Source: Antechinus flavipes (taxonomy: Eukaryota). From it: a stretch of 64,000 nt of DNA. The translations under genes were made by a program, and so were the position numbers. The stretch covers positions 187,674,001 through 187,738,000 of the forward strand of contig NC_067401.1 in NCBI RefSeq assembly GCF_016432865.1. The letters are read 5' to 3'. Shown in pieces: positions 44,300 through 57,978 of the stretch (positions are counted from its first letter, which is position 1; the number at the start of each line of letters is the position of its first letter). A model generated the notes under the pieces. The model was not told the DNA's origin and ran no database searches. It saw only the letters and a list, made by a program, of their open reading frames with translations.

Positions 44300-47225
44300 T
44301 GCTCTTGGTTTTAGGAAGATAATATTTATTATATTGAGAAAAAATCCATTTATTTCTATGCATTATAATGTCTGAAGTTTTTGTAACAGAAATGGTATTG
44401 TATTTTGTCAAAAGATTTCACTATCTAATGATTTTAGCATTTTTTTAAGTACTATGTTATTAATATGGTTTGTAATTGTGTCATCTTCCTTATATTGAAG
44501 CAAAACCTACATTCCTGGTATAAATCCAACATTTTCAGAATACATAATCTTTCTAATATGTTATTTTAAATAAAACTTTTGTGTCAATGTTCATTTTACT
44601 CTATAATTTCCTTTCTCTGTTTTGTTTCTCTTTAGTTTAAGTATCAAAAACCAGATTTGTATCATTAGAAAGAAAATGGAAAGATCTTTCCTTTTCAAAT
44701 CAATTGTTCTTTGAATGTTTGCTGTAATTCACCTTAAAATATTTTTCTTTGAAAGTTTATTCATGATTTGTTTTAAAAAAAACACACATTTTTTTTTTTT
44801 TTGGCCGATATTGGGAAATAATTTTTCTTAATTTGGGCCTTTTTTATAAGTATTGATCAACTTCTAATTTATTAATATTTTTTAGTATATTGATGAGGAT
44901 CAGTCAATGTCCCAGGAATAAAATTTCAGGAATCAAGTTGGTTCTCTGTTAAGGTAGATTTTATTCTGTACATCCTGGTGGGCTTAGGTTTTTAAGGGAT
45001 TAGCAACAAGATAGAGAAAGGGTTTCATATTTAGATGTAGGGAACTTGGGTCATGCTCAACATTTCAAAGATCTTAGGAAACAAAGTCAGTTATGTCTGC
45101 CCCCAAAACAACCTTTATTACTGGTAGTTTCTCCAGGAAAGAGTACAAGGCAAGGACTAATGCCAATCCCATCAATATGATTGGGCAAAATAGTTTCTTA
45201 AAATTTCCTGTATTTACTTTTCAATTGTTATAATCCCCTTAAAATTTTTTTTAATCAAAATTTTGATTTTCTGCTCTCTTTTTAAAATTCAAATGAGTTG
45301 TTTCTTTTATTAGCCTTTTTTTCTCTTTAGAAACCAAATCCTATTTTTTGGTAGTATTTTATTTTTCCAATTACATGAAAATATAGCTCTTAATATTCAC
45401 TTTTACAAAACCTTGTGTTCCAAATTTTTTTCCCTCTTCTTCCTTCCCCCTCTTAAAAATAGCAGACAATCTAGCATAATCCATACAATTAACATAGGTT
45501 AAACATGGGCAAGTCTTCTAAACATATTTCCATAATCGTCATATTGCATCAAAAAATCAGATCAAAAGAAAAAAAAAAAAAAAACACAAGGAAGGAAAAA
45601 AAAAAAACCCAAACAAACAAAAGAGCAAAGATGAAAATAACTATGCTTTGATCCACAGTCTCCATAGTATATCTTTGCATTTGGATGACATTTTCTATCC
45701 ACGGAGTCTATTGGAATTTCCTTGAATCACTTCATTGTTAAAAAAAAAAAAAAAAAAAAAAAAAGCCAACTTGATTTTTACATACTCTTATTACTATGTA
45801 CAATGTTCTCTTGGTTCTGTTCACTTCACTCAGCATCAGCTCATGTAACTCATTCCAGGCCTTTCTGAAATCAGCCTGTTCATCTTTTCTTTATATCTAT
45901 ATATCTTTGCAAAACCTTGTATTCCAATTTTTTCTCCCTCTTTTCTCCCTTACCCCTCCCCTAAACAACAAGTAATCCAATATAAGTTAAATATGTGCAA
46001 TTCTTCTAAATATTTGCATATTTGTCATGCTGCATAAGAAAAACCAGACTAAAAGGGGGAGGCGATGAAAAAGGAAAAAAAAAAGCAAGCAAACAACAAC
46101 AAAAGGTTAAAATTATGTTGTGATCCACATTCAGTTTCCATAATCCTTTCTCTGATGCAGATGGCTCTCTCCATCATGAGCTATTGGAACTGGCTTGAAT
46201 CACCACATTATTGAAAAGAACCAAAACTATCACAGTTGATCATCACATAATCTTATTGCTCTGTACAATGTTCTCTTGCTTCTATCATTTTACTTTGCAT
46301 CAATTCATATAAGTCTCTCCAGGCCTTTCTGAAATGCTGCTGATCATTTCTTTTAGAACAATAATATTCTATTACATTCATAAACTGTTAACTTATTCGG
46401 CCATTACCCAACTGAAGGGGGTCCACTCAATTTCTAGTTCCTTGCTTCTATAAAAAGGGCTGCTATAAATGTTTTTGCACATGCAGGTCTTTTTCCCTTT
46501 TTTATGATCTCTTTTGGATACAGACCCAGTAGAGATGCAGCTGGATCACAGGATAAGCACAGTTTGATAGTCCTTTAGGCATAGTTCCAAATTGCTTTTC
46601 AGAATGGTTAAATTTATGGTTAGATATTAGTGTTTCAGTTTTTCCACATTTCCCCCAACATTTGTCATCTTTTCCTATCATATTAATCAATCTGAGAGAT
46701 GAAGGGGTATCTCAGAGTTTTCTTAATTTGCATCTTTCTAATCAATAGTGTTTTAGAACATTTTTTTATATGACTCTAGAGGGCTTTAATTCATCTGAAA
46801 ATTATCTGTTCATATCCTTTGACCATTTATCAGTTGGGAAATGTTTTATATTCTTATAAATTTGACTCATTTCTATATATATCAGAAATCCTGGCTTTAA
46901 AATTTTTTTCCTAACTTTCTGCTTCTTTTCTAACCTTGATGCATTGGTTTTGTTTATACAAATTCTTTTTAATTTAATATAATCCATTTTGCATTTCATA
47001 ATGTTTTCTAGTTCTTAAAAAAAAACTAGGCGATAAATTTTTCTATTTTCCACAGATCTGAGAGAGACTATCCCCTTTTCTCCTAATTTGCTTATGCTAT
47101 CACCCTTTATGTCTAAATCATGAGTTCTTTTTGACCTTATGTAGGGTTTTAGATGTTGGTCAATGCCTAGTTTCTGCCATACTATTTTCCAGTTTTCCTA
47201 GAAATTTTTGTCAAATAATGAATGG
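44300..47225 (-). mobile_element. Stacked minus-strand L1 fragments (two 3' UTRs plus ORF2 pieces)
   Basis: ORF2-like KCWGKCGKTETL and [11 protein letters not shown] on the minus strand; repeated acaaaaccttgt..ccaaattttttccctc 3' UTR starts near 45400 and 45900. Confidence 0.8.
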
Positions 47226-47549
47226 GAAAAGTTTGATATTTCTTCAAAAGGAAAACTACAAATTAATTAAACTATAGGAACCTGATCCTGTTTCTCCCTT
47301 CCTTCCCTCCCTGGCAAACAATTCCCAGGATATGGGTGAATAGAATAACTCTGGGAATGTATAGAACTAACTGACCTGGCTCTTATTTACCCAGTCGACA
47401 TGTTGAGAACACATATCTCAGGGTTAACAAAAGACATGTCTTTGTCCAAATCTTAAACTTATGTGTTGTTTCCCATTTTCCACTGATCTAATATCTATTT
47501 TCCCAGCCAGTGCTGATTGTTTTAATGATTGATGCTTCCCTAATATAGT

Positions 47550-50330
47550 TTAGAATGTAAGGCCACATTCTCAGCTATTGAGGATGAACCAGCAAGAGGA
47601 GAGAGGAGTTAATGTTGCAATGGGGAACATATATATTGTCCTTGCTGCCTGTGCTTGGCACCTCACTTACACCTTTTGTAAGCAGATGACACTTGCTTTT
47701 CATGAGAAATGAATTAACTTTTTTGTTTATACCTTGAGAGGGCTCTGAAATTTATTGGGTGGGTTATGTACCAGTTTGGGGGCTCAGCCCAGGATCATGT
47801 GATCATTGAGGGTCACCAGCTCTTGGAACTTGGCAAAAGGCACCCTGTCCAATTTTGGTAGTTTGCCATGGCTTGAGAGTCCTTTCCCCACCTCCTTTGA
47901 GCAAAAGTGACCTGAAGCAGAAAGACTCAGTGTAATGTGAAAGTGAATCCTTTGTTGAAAACCTGATCAGATAAATAAATTGGAAGAGCATAGGATAGTT
48001 TACCTCTCAGACCTGTGGAAGAGGGAGGAATTTATGACCAAAGAAGAACTAGAGATCACTATTGACCACAACATAGAAAATTTTGATTATCTCAAATTGA
48101 AAAGTGTTTGTACAAACAAAACAAATGCAAACAAGATTAGAAGGGAAACAATAAACTGGGAAAACATTTTTACAATCAAAGGTTCTGATAAAGGCCTCAT
48201 TTCCAAAATATATAGAGAATTGACTCTAATCTATAAGAAATCAAACCGTTCTCCAATTGATAAATGGTCAAAGGATATGAACAGACAATTCTCAGACGAA
48301 GAAACTGAAACTATTTATAGACATATGAAAATATGCTCCAAATCATTATTAATCAGAGAAATACAAATTAAGACAACTCTGAGATACCACTACACACCTG
48401 TCAGATTGGCTAGAATGACAGGGAAAGATAATGGGGAATGTTGGAGGGGATGTGGGAAAACAGGGACACTGATACATTGTTGGTGGAATTGTGAACACAT
48501 CCAGCCATTCTGGAGAGCAATTTGGAACTATGCTCAAAAAGTTATCAAACTGTGCATACCCTTTGATCCAGCAGTGTTTCTATTGGGCTTATACCCCAAA
48601 GAGATACTAAAGAAAGGAAAGGGACCTGTATGTGCCAAAATGTTTGTGGCAGCCCTGTTTGTAGTGGCTAGAAGCTGGAAAATGAAAGGATGTCCATCAA
48701 TTGGAGAATGGTTGAGTAAATTGTGGTATATGAATGTTATGGAATATTATTGTTCTGTAAGGAACGACCAGCAGGATGAATACAGAGAGGACTGGCGAGA
48801 CTTACATGAACTGATGCTAAGTGAAATGAGCAGAACCAGGAGATCATTATATACCTCAACAATGATACTGTTTGGGGATGTATTCTGATGGAAGTGGATC
48901 TCTTCGATAAAGAGAGCCTTAATTGATCAAAGATGGACAGAAGCAGCTACACCCAGAGAAAGAACACTGGGAAATGAATATAAACTGCTTGCATTTTTGT
49001 TTTTCTTCCCAGGTTATTTATACCTTCTGAATTCAATTGTCCCTGTGCAACAAGAAAACTGTTCGGTTCTGTACACATATATTGTATCTAGGATATACTG
49101 CAACCCATTCAACATGTAAAGGACTCTTGCCATCTGGGGGAAGGGGTAGAGGGAGGGAGGGGAAAAATCGGAACAGAAGTGAATGCAAGGGATAATGCTG
49201 TAAAAAATTACCCTGGCATGCGTTCTATCAATAAAAAGTTATTTAATAAATAAATAAAAACTTGGGGGAAAAAAAAAGAAAAAAAAGAAAACCTGATCAG
49301 ATCAGTGAAAGTACAAGAACAGTCAGCAACACCTTGCACAGAATCCAAGACAGTTAAACTAGACCTTTGAGTCTGAGCATACTAGATCCCTGGAAGGGTC
49401 AGAACTGTTCAATGGGTGACTGAAGGCTTAAGGGAGACCACCCCCACTCCGAATTGGGTGTGAGAGAGACTGGGATCTAAGGGCAACTGATCCTGAAAAG
49501 TTTCATCTATTCATAATGAGAGGGCTTAGTCCAAAGCTCTCTCCGAGGAAAAGAATGATTAAATATTGTGAGGAGGACCCTCCCTGCACTAATTGAGTAT
49601 GTTCAACTTAACCACCTGTGACTGTGTGATTTCTGTGTGTATGTCTCCTTTGCACTCTTGTGATGTGTTTATGATTTGGAAAAGACCAGGCTGAATTGTT
49701 GGAATTCAGAGTAGTATTCTTTCAGAGTGACTCGATAAGATCTTTAACTGAAGTCACTTTGGATGAGTGAGTATGTTGGTTTGGTAAGGTAATTTGGGAG
49801 CTAATTCTGGGGTCCTTAGCCCAAGGAAAGAGAATCTTTTTTCTCTTGCTCTCCTTCTGAGTCTGGCTGACTGCATCAGCTTTGCAGAAGAGTGAGAGAG
49901 AAGAGGAAAATATATTTAATATAGTGAAGATGGTAAAAGCAAAAAAAAAAAAAAGAAAGGAGAAATATGTATATAGAAAGGTCAGTTAGAAAGTAAAAGC
50001 AAGAAGAAAGGAGAAACATATATATAGAAAGGTCAGTGAGAAAGTTTAAGTATGTAGGAATGAGAAGAGTGTAGACTGAGAGGGATTAGAGAAATGAGGG
50101 AAAGTAATGAGCTATCATTTTAAAAACTTCTGTGAGCAAGGAGCCTGTAACTTTGTTATCAGAACTCAAGTCTGTGGAAACCTGCCAGGAAGAATCTCAA
50201 GGTAAAACCCAGGAAAGGGTACTTAACTCTTTCCTGGCTTACAAAAAGAGGTTTGTGGGAATCAGAAAAAAAGAAGGCAATTCTACTTGAATGGGACATC
50301 TTGGTAGATTTTAGGAAATCTTACAAACTA
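47550..50330 (+). mobile_element. LTR/ERV-like element interrupted by a young L1
   Basis: Non-L1, LTR- and leader-like sequence continues across the L1 TSD at 47957-47972 / 49287-49302. Family unassigned. Confidence 0.45.
47973..49286 (+). mobile_element. Young 5'-truncated L1 with uninterrupted 302-codon ORF2 C-terminus and perfect TSD
   Basis: ORF 47980-48888 includes the CCHC knuckle CWRGCGKTGTLIHCWWNC; 3' UTR; AATAAA 49230-49235; TSD gaaaacctgatcagat on both sides. Confidence 0.95.
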
Positions 50331-50349
50331 AAGTATTGATTAATTTTAA

Positions 50350-51895
50350 AACAATTTTAAATTGGTTAGATCTAAACAATTGGAAAAATATCAAGTGTGA
50401 ATAAAGATGACAATACCTAAAACTAATCTATTTATTTAGTGCAATACCAATCAAACTCCTAAGAAACTATTTTACTGACCTAAAAAAAAAATTACAAAAT
50501 TTATCTGGAAAAAAAAAGTCAAGAATTTCAAAGGAATTAATGAAAAGAAAAGCAAATGAAGGTCGGCCCAGCTGTACTAGATCTAAAACTATATTATAAA
50601 GCAGCGGTCATCAAAACTATTTGATACTGGCTAAGAAATAGAGCAATTGATCAGTAGAATAGGTTAGATTCACAAAACAAAATAGTAAATGACTATAGCA
50701 ATCTAGTGTTTGATGAACCCAAAGATCGCAGCTTTTAGGATAAGAATTCACTATCTGACAAAAACTGCTGGGAAAATTGGAAACTAGTATGGCAGAAACT
50801 AAGCATTGACCCACACCTAACACCATATACCAAGATAAGGTCAAAATGAGTTCATGATCTAGACATAAAGATTGATATTATAAACAAATTAGAAAAACAT
50901 AGAATATTTACCTCTCAGATTTGTGGAGGAGGAAAGTATTTATGTCCAAAGAAGAACTGGAACTCGTAATTGAACACCAAATAGATAATTTTGATTATAT
51001 TAAGCTTAAAAGTTTTTGTACAAATAAAACTAATGCAGACAAGATTAGAAGAGAAGCAATAAACTGGGAAAAGATTTTTACATTCAAAGGTTCTGATAAA
51101 AACTTCATTTCTAAAATATATAGAGAATTAACTCAAATTTATAATAATTCAAGCCATTTCTGATCTTGATAAATGGTCAAAGGATATGAACAGATAATTT
51201 TCAGATGAAGAAATTGAAATCATTTCTACTCATATGAAAAGGTGCTCCAAATCACTACTGATCACAAATGCAAATTAAGACAACTCTGAGATACCACTAT
51301 ACACCTGTCAGATGGGCTAAGATGACAGGAAAATATAATGACAAATGTTGGAGGGGATATGGGAAAACTAGGACACAATGCATTGTTGGTGGAATTATGA
51401 ATGTATCCAACCATTCTGCAGAGCAATTTGGAACTATGCTCAAAAAGTTATCATACTGTGCATACCCTTTGATCCAGCAGTGTTTCTACTGGGCTTATAT
51501 CCCAAAGAGATTCTAAAGGAGGGAAAGGGTTTAAGGTACCTTAAAAGAGGGAAATTGTGCAAGAATCTTTGTGGCAGCCCTTTTTGTAGTGGCTAGAAAC
51601 TGGAAACCGAATGGATGCCCATCAATTAGGAAATGGCTGATTAAATTATGGTATACGAATGTTATGGAATATTATTGTTCTATAAGAAACAACCAGCAGG
51701 ACAATTTCAGAGAGGCCTGGAGAGACTTACATGAACTGATGCTGAGTGAGATGAGCAGAACCAGGAGATCATTATATACGGTCACAACAAGACTATACTA
51801 TGATCAATTCTGATGGGCATGGCTCTCTTCAGTAATGACATGATTCAAACCAGTTCCACTTGTTCAGTGATGAAAAGAGCCATATATACTTTGAA
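50350..51895 (+). mobile_element. L1 ORF2 3' fragment, degraded
   Basis: Frameshifted ORF2 peptides (ORF track 50921, 51268, 51378, 51571). Confidence 0.9.
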
Positions 51896-51919
51896 CAAGA
51901 TGGGATGAGATCTCTCAAG

Positions 51920-52250
51920 ACTGTTGTGAAAATCGAGTAAGGCTTCATCTACTTAAGAGTTGAAGTAAGCCTGAGAGTCCTTGACTCAAGGGCATACTTA
52001 AGTCACTTTCCTGCTATTCTCCCATGACATAATTTTCTCCCTACTTCGATCAAATATAGGCAACTATGTACTTAATGGCCAAAGTTCAATTTCTTGGGTA
52101 ATTCCCATTTTTAGAATATAAGCTCTTCAGCCAATGAGGATGATGGTCAGTGGTGGGAGGGTTATTTGCGTTAGGGACTAAAATGTAAAACTTGTCCCAA
52201 AAGGTACCTCCTCCCTGTGAATTCACACTCAGTTCCCACAGACGTTTCTC
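51920..52250 (+). mobile_element. LTR fragment between two L1s
   Basis: Starts tgttgtgaaa; CCAAT near 52130; U3-like composition. Confidence 0.4.
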
Positions 52251-52255
52251 TACTG

Positions 52256-53200
52256 GTAAATGGCTCTCATCATCATAAGAACATTGGAACTGGCCTGAAT
52301 TGTCTCATTGTTGAAAAGAGCTACATCCACTAGAATTGATCATTGTATAATCTTGCTATTGCCATGTACAATGATCTGGTTTTGCTCATTTGACTTAGCA
52401 TCAGTTCATGTAAGTCTTTTCAGGGCTTTCTAACGTCATCCTGCTGATCATTTCTCATAGAACAATAATATTCCATAACATTCATATATCATAGCCTACT
52501 TAGCCATTCTCCAACTGATGGGCATCCACTCAGTTTCCAGTTTCTAGCCACTACAAACAGGGCTCCCACAAACATTTTGGCACATACAGGTCCCTTTCCC
52601 GCTAAGATCTCTTTGGGATATAGGCCCAGTAAAAACACTGCTGGATCAAAAGGTATGCACGTTTTGATATCCCTTTAAGCATAGTTCTAAATTGTTCTCC
52701 AGAATGGTTATAGATCAGTTCATCATTCCACCAAAAATGTATCAGTGTTCCAGTTTTTCCACATCCCCTCCAACATTCGTCATTATTTTTTCCTGTCATC
52801 TTTGCCAATCTGAGAGGTGTGTAATGGTACCTCAGAGTTGCCTTAATTTGCATTTCTCTGATCACATTTTCATATGACTAGAAATGTTTGCAATTTCTTC
52901 ATCTAAAAATTGTCTGTTCATATCCTTTGACCATTTATCAATTGGAGAATGGCTTGAATTCTTATAAATTTGAGTCAGTTATATATTTTAGAAATGAGCC
53001 CTTTATCAGAACCCTTGAATGTAAATTTTTTCCCATTTTATTGATTCCCTTCTAATCTTGTCTTCATTGATTTTGTTTGTAGAAAAAATAGTGTGTTTTC
53101 TTATCCCTGAAGCTGGAGTCTTTGGGTTGATCAAACATTAGATTATGCTTTGTCTATTTAGGTCTTGTGAATCTAACCTAACCTATTCCACTGATCCAGT
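52256..53200 (-). mobile_element. L1 ORF2 3' fragment (minus)
   Basis: IREMQIKATLRYHYTPLRLAKMTGKNNDECWRGCGKTGTLIH on the minus strand. Confidence 0.9.
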
Positions 53201-54904
53201 ACTCTACTTCTTAATACTGTTAAGGTTGAATCCATAACCAAGTCGAAGAAGCAAAGATTTTGGTCATTGTAATATCAATTAAAAAGGTCTAAATTCCAAG
53301 AAAATTTTAGCAAGGAGTTCTTTATCCAGTTCTTCATGTCATTAATATGCTAATTTTGTGGGCTAGGAATAGAACCAGGGAGTGGCTCAAGAATTTGGTT
53401 ATCACTGACTAACAGACAGCAATGTTTGTAGAACTATTCTAAGACTTGAAATCATTGACAGATTGTTAGAACAATACTGTCAGGATCACTAATATATCTT
53501 CCCTAAAGTCTAAGGGAAGAAATATTTATTATATTTCTAGGCTAGGGGACCTTTAAACATTAAACAGAGGACCTATTCTAGGTAAGGGGACCTTAAAATT
53601 ATTGCTGTTTTCCCTAGAAGCTATATTATATCAGTACAAAATGGTTTTATGACCACTGATTATAATATGATAATAATAATATACTATAGTGAGTCCATTT
53701 TTCGTTTCTAGCTCTTATTTTTATTTCATTTGAAGAGAAATTTTTTTGCTATCAATTTTTGTTAATTTCTGAACTTCTGCTTTGTTGTTTTATTGCAGAT
53801 TTTGAAAAGTTGTCCTAGTTTTCTTTTGTTTTGTACTAAAACAATTGTATTAAATTGTATTTTAAAAAATTGTGTGCCCAATTCATTGAATTATTCTTTC
53901 CTTCTTTTGTTGACAGAAACATTTAGAATTTGGTGCTAGGGGAAACAGTAGATAAAGATCTGGGCCTGAAGTCAGGAAGATCTGAGTTCATTCTCAGACA
54001 TTTCCTAGCTATGTAGCTATGGGCAAGTCATTAAGTCTCCTTGTCTGTAAAATGGGGATGGTTGTTGTAATTATTATTCCATGTCAATTTTTCTTAAAGA
54101 TTGTTTTAGCTGTATCCCATAAGTTTTGTTGTGATGTTTCATTTCTATAATTTTCCTGGATGGAGTTTTTTCCTATCATTTATCATTTGATAGACCAGGT
54201 TTTTTTTTTTTTTTTTTTTTAAATAATTAAGTGATTTTCCAATGAATTGTTAATTGTTTTTCCAACAAAACAAATTTTGAAAATAAGAGATTAACAAGTT
54301 TTTTTTTTTCTGTTTGTGTTTTTATTTTTTCCTAGTCACATGTAAAACCGAGTTTTTTTTGCATTTCTTTTTAAAACTTGGGTTTCAGATTGTCTCCATT
54401 CCTCCCCACATAACCCTCCATCTATTAAGAAAACATATGTAAAGTTGATGTGGATGATGTAGACATCAGATTATAGTAGACACCAAAATTTGGGCTTCAG
54501 TCATATGAAGAATTCATAATGGCCATTCTTTTTGGCAAAAGGTAGATTTATTTAGGGAAATGGGTTACAGACAAAATGAAGGGATGCAATAGACATCAGG
54601 AATAGTAAATATGAAATGGAGTTGAGAGAGCATAGAAGGCCAAGATCCTCAGTGGAACTCATAATTATCTAAGAGAAAGGAAACACCGTGTGAGTTTAGG
54701 GCATGCCCTTAACTGGCAGGCTAAATCCTGAAGGGGACTTAGCATCCTAAAAGAATTAGTTAGCTGTGAGAAGAAGTGGGTTTGAGAAGCACAGTGGAGT
54801 TAGGGGAGATACCATGTAGCATGGGTGAGGGGTAAGGATGTCTCCCAGGTGTGTCTGGGCCTTTACCTTCAGGGATTAAATAAGTGCTTTCTCTTTTTAC
54901 CTGA

Positions 54905-56430
54905 TGTTGTCTCTAATTAGTTAATTGGGAACAGGGGTCTTGTACCCAACAGGTCCCAGACATTAGCAAGCATTTCTAACTTTGGGCCTGGGTCCCAGGC
55001 TTTGGGCAATATATCAGCACCCTTGGGTGAGTGCCTAGAAACCTGTGGTTGAATGAAGTGGTCTATGAAAGCTATCTCACAAGATAGAGACAGTGTTCTA
55101 AAACTGAGTGAAGTTGGCTGTGCCCCAGGCCCAAATTTCTCTCTTCCAGAAATCAGGTTTACAAAGAATAGGATCATATAGCCCTTTGTGACAACCACAC
55201 TAGCACCCCAGACACCCCAGGACCAGCCAGAGTCAGGATAAGCAAAAATCCTTAGTCCTGATTCTTGGTCTCTAGACCCAGGATTGAACAAGATGGAAGC
55301 AGATTCTCCCCGACCTCCTTCTTCCTCGTCTACCGCCAAGAGTGTGACTCTGGATAGTCTTACTCCACCCCCTAGCCCCTCCTACAATCCTCTGTATACA
55401 CCAATCTTTGAGCCAGCACAGGATAGTGGGAAGGACCATTTTCCAAGCATATGCCCATATTGTCCAATTGGTAATTAACCCTAAGTGTTTGAACTGACCT
55501 CAGTGCAACGACTCAAGAGTTTCAGCCCTCTACAACCCTTTTCTTTGTGAGACTAAGTTAGGGCCACTTTGGCATTAAAATTCCCATATAAGGTAATTTA
55601 GTAATCCTAAAGATGTGATTGGGTTAGAAGCTTTTCCCTCATTTATAACTTAAAATGTAAGGTCATTTTCCCTGATTAATCAGGGCAAAAGTCCAGCCTA
55701 TAAGGAGTGTACCCCAGACCCACTGTCTGTTTACTGTATCCCTGCCTTGTCTGACTGCTTGTTGGGAGGAAGACTCCCTTTCTCATGAGATCACAATAAA
55801 ATGTCTTCCTATTTGTGCCTTGAGAATCTGATTTATTTGAGCCAGTGATCTTTGTCCCACACATGGTGGAAACAGCAAAGATTATGTTCTGGTTATGGTG
55901 TTTTTGTTATGTCTTGCTATAGCTTGTGCCTAGTTACTTTATCTTTGTTTTCAATGCAATAGGGACCCCACAAGGCCATGAGTAAACTCCCAGACAAACA
56001 CATAATGTTATTTGCTAGGCACAGTATCCTTGTAATAGCTTTCACTGTTCCTCCAACCGCCTAGAAATGTCTTTCATCCCAATAGTATGGTTTTCACCAA
56101 TTGGGACCCTACAGGTATAGAAATCCATCTTACCCTATAAGGAAATAAGAGAAAAAGAGATTAAGAGAAGGAAAGGAACTGAGGATAGATTAAGGGAGAC
56201 AGTGGTCAGAAGCAAAACAGACATTTGAGAAAAATATAAATGGGATATCCTAAGTGATACCAAAACAGTTGTTTTTTGAATGCATAATCTACAGAAAAAT
56301 CCACTCTTTTGACATGTATCCAAGATACAATAAAGATATCATCCTGAGATGTACCTAATTTAATGATATCATTCCACTTCAAGTGATGTAAATCCGTGCA
56401 GGCAAAATATACTGCCAGAAATTATCTAGA
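54905..56430 (+). mobile_element. ERV1/gamma-like LTR, leader and decayed gag remnant
   Basis: TATA cctataagg near 55699, AATAAA near 55796, LTR end ...cccacaCA at about 55862 followed by TGG. Downstream peptide remnant FNDIIPLQVM*IRAGK resembles ERV1 matrix. Left boundary uncertain. Confidence 0.5.
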
Positions 56431-56439
56431 AAGAATTTT

Positions 56440-57314
56440 GAAAATCTTGTAGCTTCTTCACTCTGAAGAACTTCTTTGACTGGCCCATTGAAGCTCTATT
56501 TATGCTCCTTCAAGAGAGGAATTGTGGGTTTTCTCCCATAGTGCTCTCTGGCCCAAAGAGCTTCATGGGAGATGTGAATTCACGAAGGTACAAAGTTTAC
56601 TTTGTGAATCTGGCAAACTTGTGAACTCCAATGAGTAAAGGTGCAAACACAACCATTGTACTAATTAGTTCTACTTAGTACCTTGTTTCAGGTCTGCCCA
56701 AAACATCTTCTTGTAAGATTAGATCAACTCTAATTAGTTAGCAGTTTGTAAGGATTCCAACATCTCCCCCTTGCTTTTGTTTTAGAACATAGGGTGGTCA
56801 TGACCTCTCTGATTTCTCAAGGAGGTGAGAACCCCACCTAAAAGGTGATCACGCCTTCCCTGACACCTCAGGAAGGGAGATGAAAACACCAAAGGAAATA
56901 GGAAATCAAATCAGATTAGTGGATTTCTGAAGGGGTACACATAAATCCATCAATATGGGCCAGAACTTTGTAACAGATATACATGGTATACATAAATCCA
57001 TCAATATGGGAGGCATTATACATAATTTACATAAGCACATAGCAATATAACACAGGCTAGTAGTAATGTAACAACATGAATCAACCTGAAAATTTACACA
57101 TGTCCATAAGTCCTAGAAATAGTTCATAAGGAATCCATTGTCCATTAGTTCATGTGCCAGCATGAACTGAAAGTACTGCAAAAAGTCTCATTAACAATTT
57201 TTCATCTGAAGGAATCCAATGATTCTTGCTGTTTTTTCAAGAACTGAAACAGTCTCATCTTGTCTTAATCCAATGATTCCTAAAGATTTTTAAAAGTTCT
57301 TTTAACAGTCTCAT
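56440..57314 (-). mobile_element. ERV 3' end on minus strand: internal 3' region, polypurine tract and 3' LTR
   Basis: Minus-strand PPT AAAAGCAAGGGGGAGA (56763-56778) immediately followed by LTR start TGTTGGAATCC at 56762. Confidence 0.75.
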
Positions 57315-57978
57315 TGTCAGCTATGCTCTTTCAATGGTGAGCACAATCAGCAACAGAACCACCTGATATTTCTTGGGTCTTCTCCTTTGTTTCAAGGGTC
57401 TGTTCCATCTCTCTGCGATGGACAAGGCGAATGCCGCTTATCGGCACCCATCTGATTCCTTCTCCACATGTAGAGATGCAAGCAAATCCTCTCCCCCAAG
57501 CAGGAGGCTAAAGAAAGCAGAGGCAGAAGCAAAGGACAAAGCGGCAAGAGCTCTTGGAACCAAGCAGAGAGATAGGCCTCTAAGCTAACCGGGCTATATT
57601 GGAGATAATAAAAGATCTGAACTTTTATCACCTGGCTGCATTTGGGAAGATCACCACATTTTGGCGCCCGAACAGGGACCAACAGACTCCTCAGTGGATT
57701 TCAGTGGAAAAGCTACGATCCTGATTCCAGTGGAAAAGCCTCTGATCCTGATCCAGTGGAAAAGTCTTCTTGACCCAGAAATTAGAGTGAGTACAACAAA
57801 GAAATTTTGTTAAAAGAGTTAAAGTAGAATTTCATCTAAGATGGGACAGATATTTAGAAAACAGCCTGTTTCTGTTCAAGGAAAATGTTTAGAGAGCATT
57901 GCCAAAGTTATGGAAAGCCAAGGTTTAATTATAAATTTACAGCAAATCACTGAACTTTTACAGACTGTAAAGGACATA
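57315..57978 (+). mobile_element. Betaretrovirus-like ERV 5' end: LTR, PBS(tRNA-Lys3), leader, gag start
   Basis: LTR ends ...tcaccaCA at 57658; PBS TGGCGCCCGAACAGGGAC at 57662-57679; tandem cagtggaaaag...tgatcctga leader repeats; gag MGQIFRKQ...LLQTVKDIC from 57841, cut at 57979. LTR start approximate. Confidence 0.85.

Noticed and set aside
49950-50050. Tandem duplication of about 50 bp, and other 10-25 bp duplications at about 22520, 24310, 33830, 36325 and 56935-57015
   Set aside because: Ordinary slippage duplications within introns or TEs, with no sign of function.
55284-55478. Pro-rich peptide (TPPPSPSYNPLY) resembling a Gag late domain
   Set aside because: It lies upstream of the TATA/AATAAA of the same LTR-like element, so it is more likely U3 sequence than gag.
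57700-57775. Short spaced direct repeats (cagtggaaaag...) as a CRISPR-like array
   Set aside because: Eukaryotic ERV leader tandem repeats with no unique spacers.
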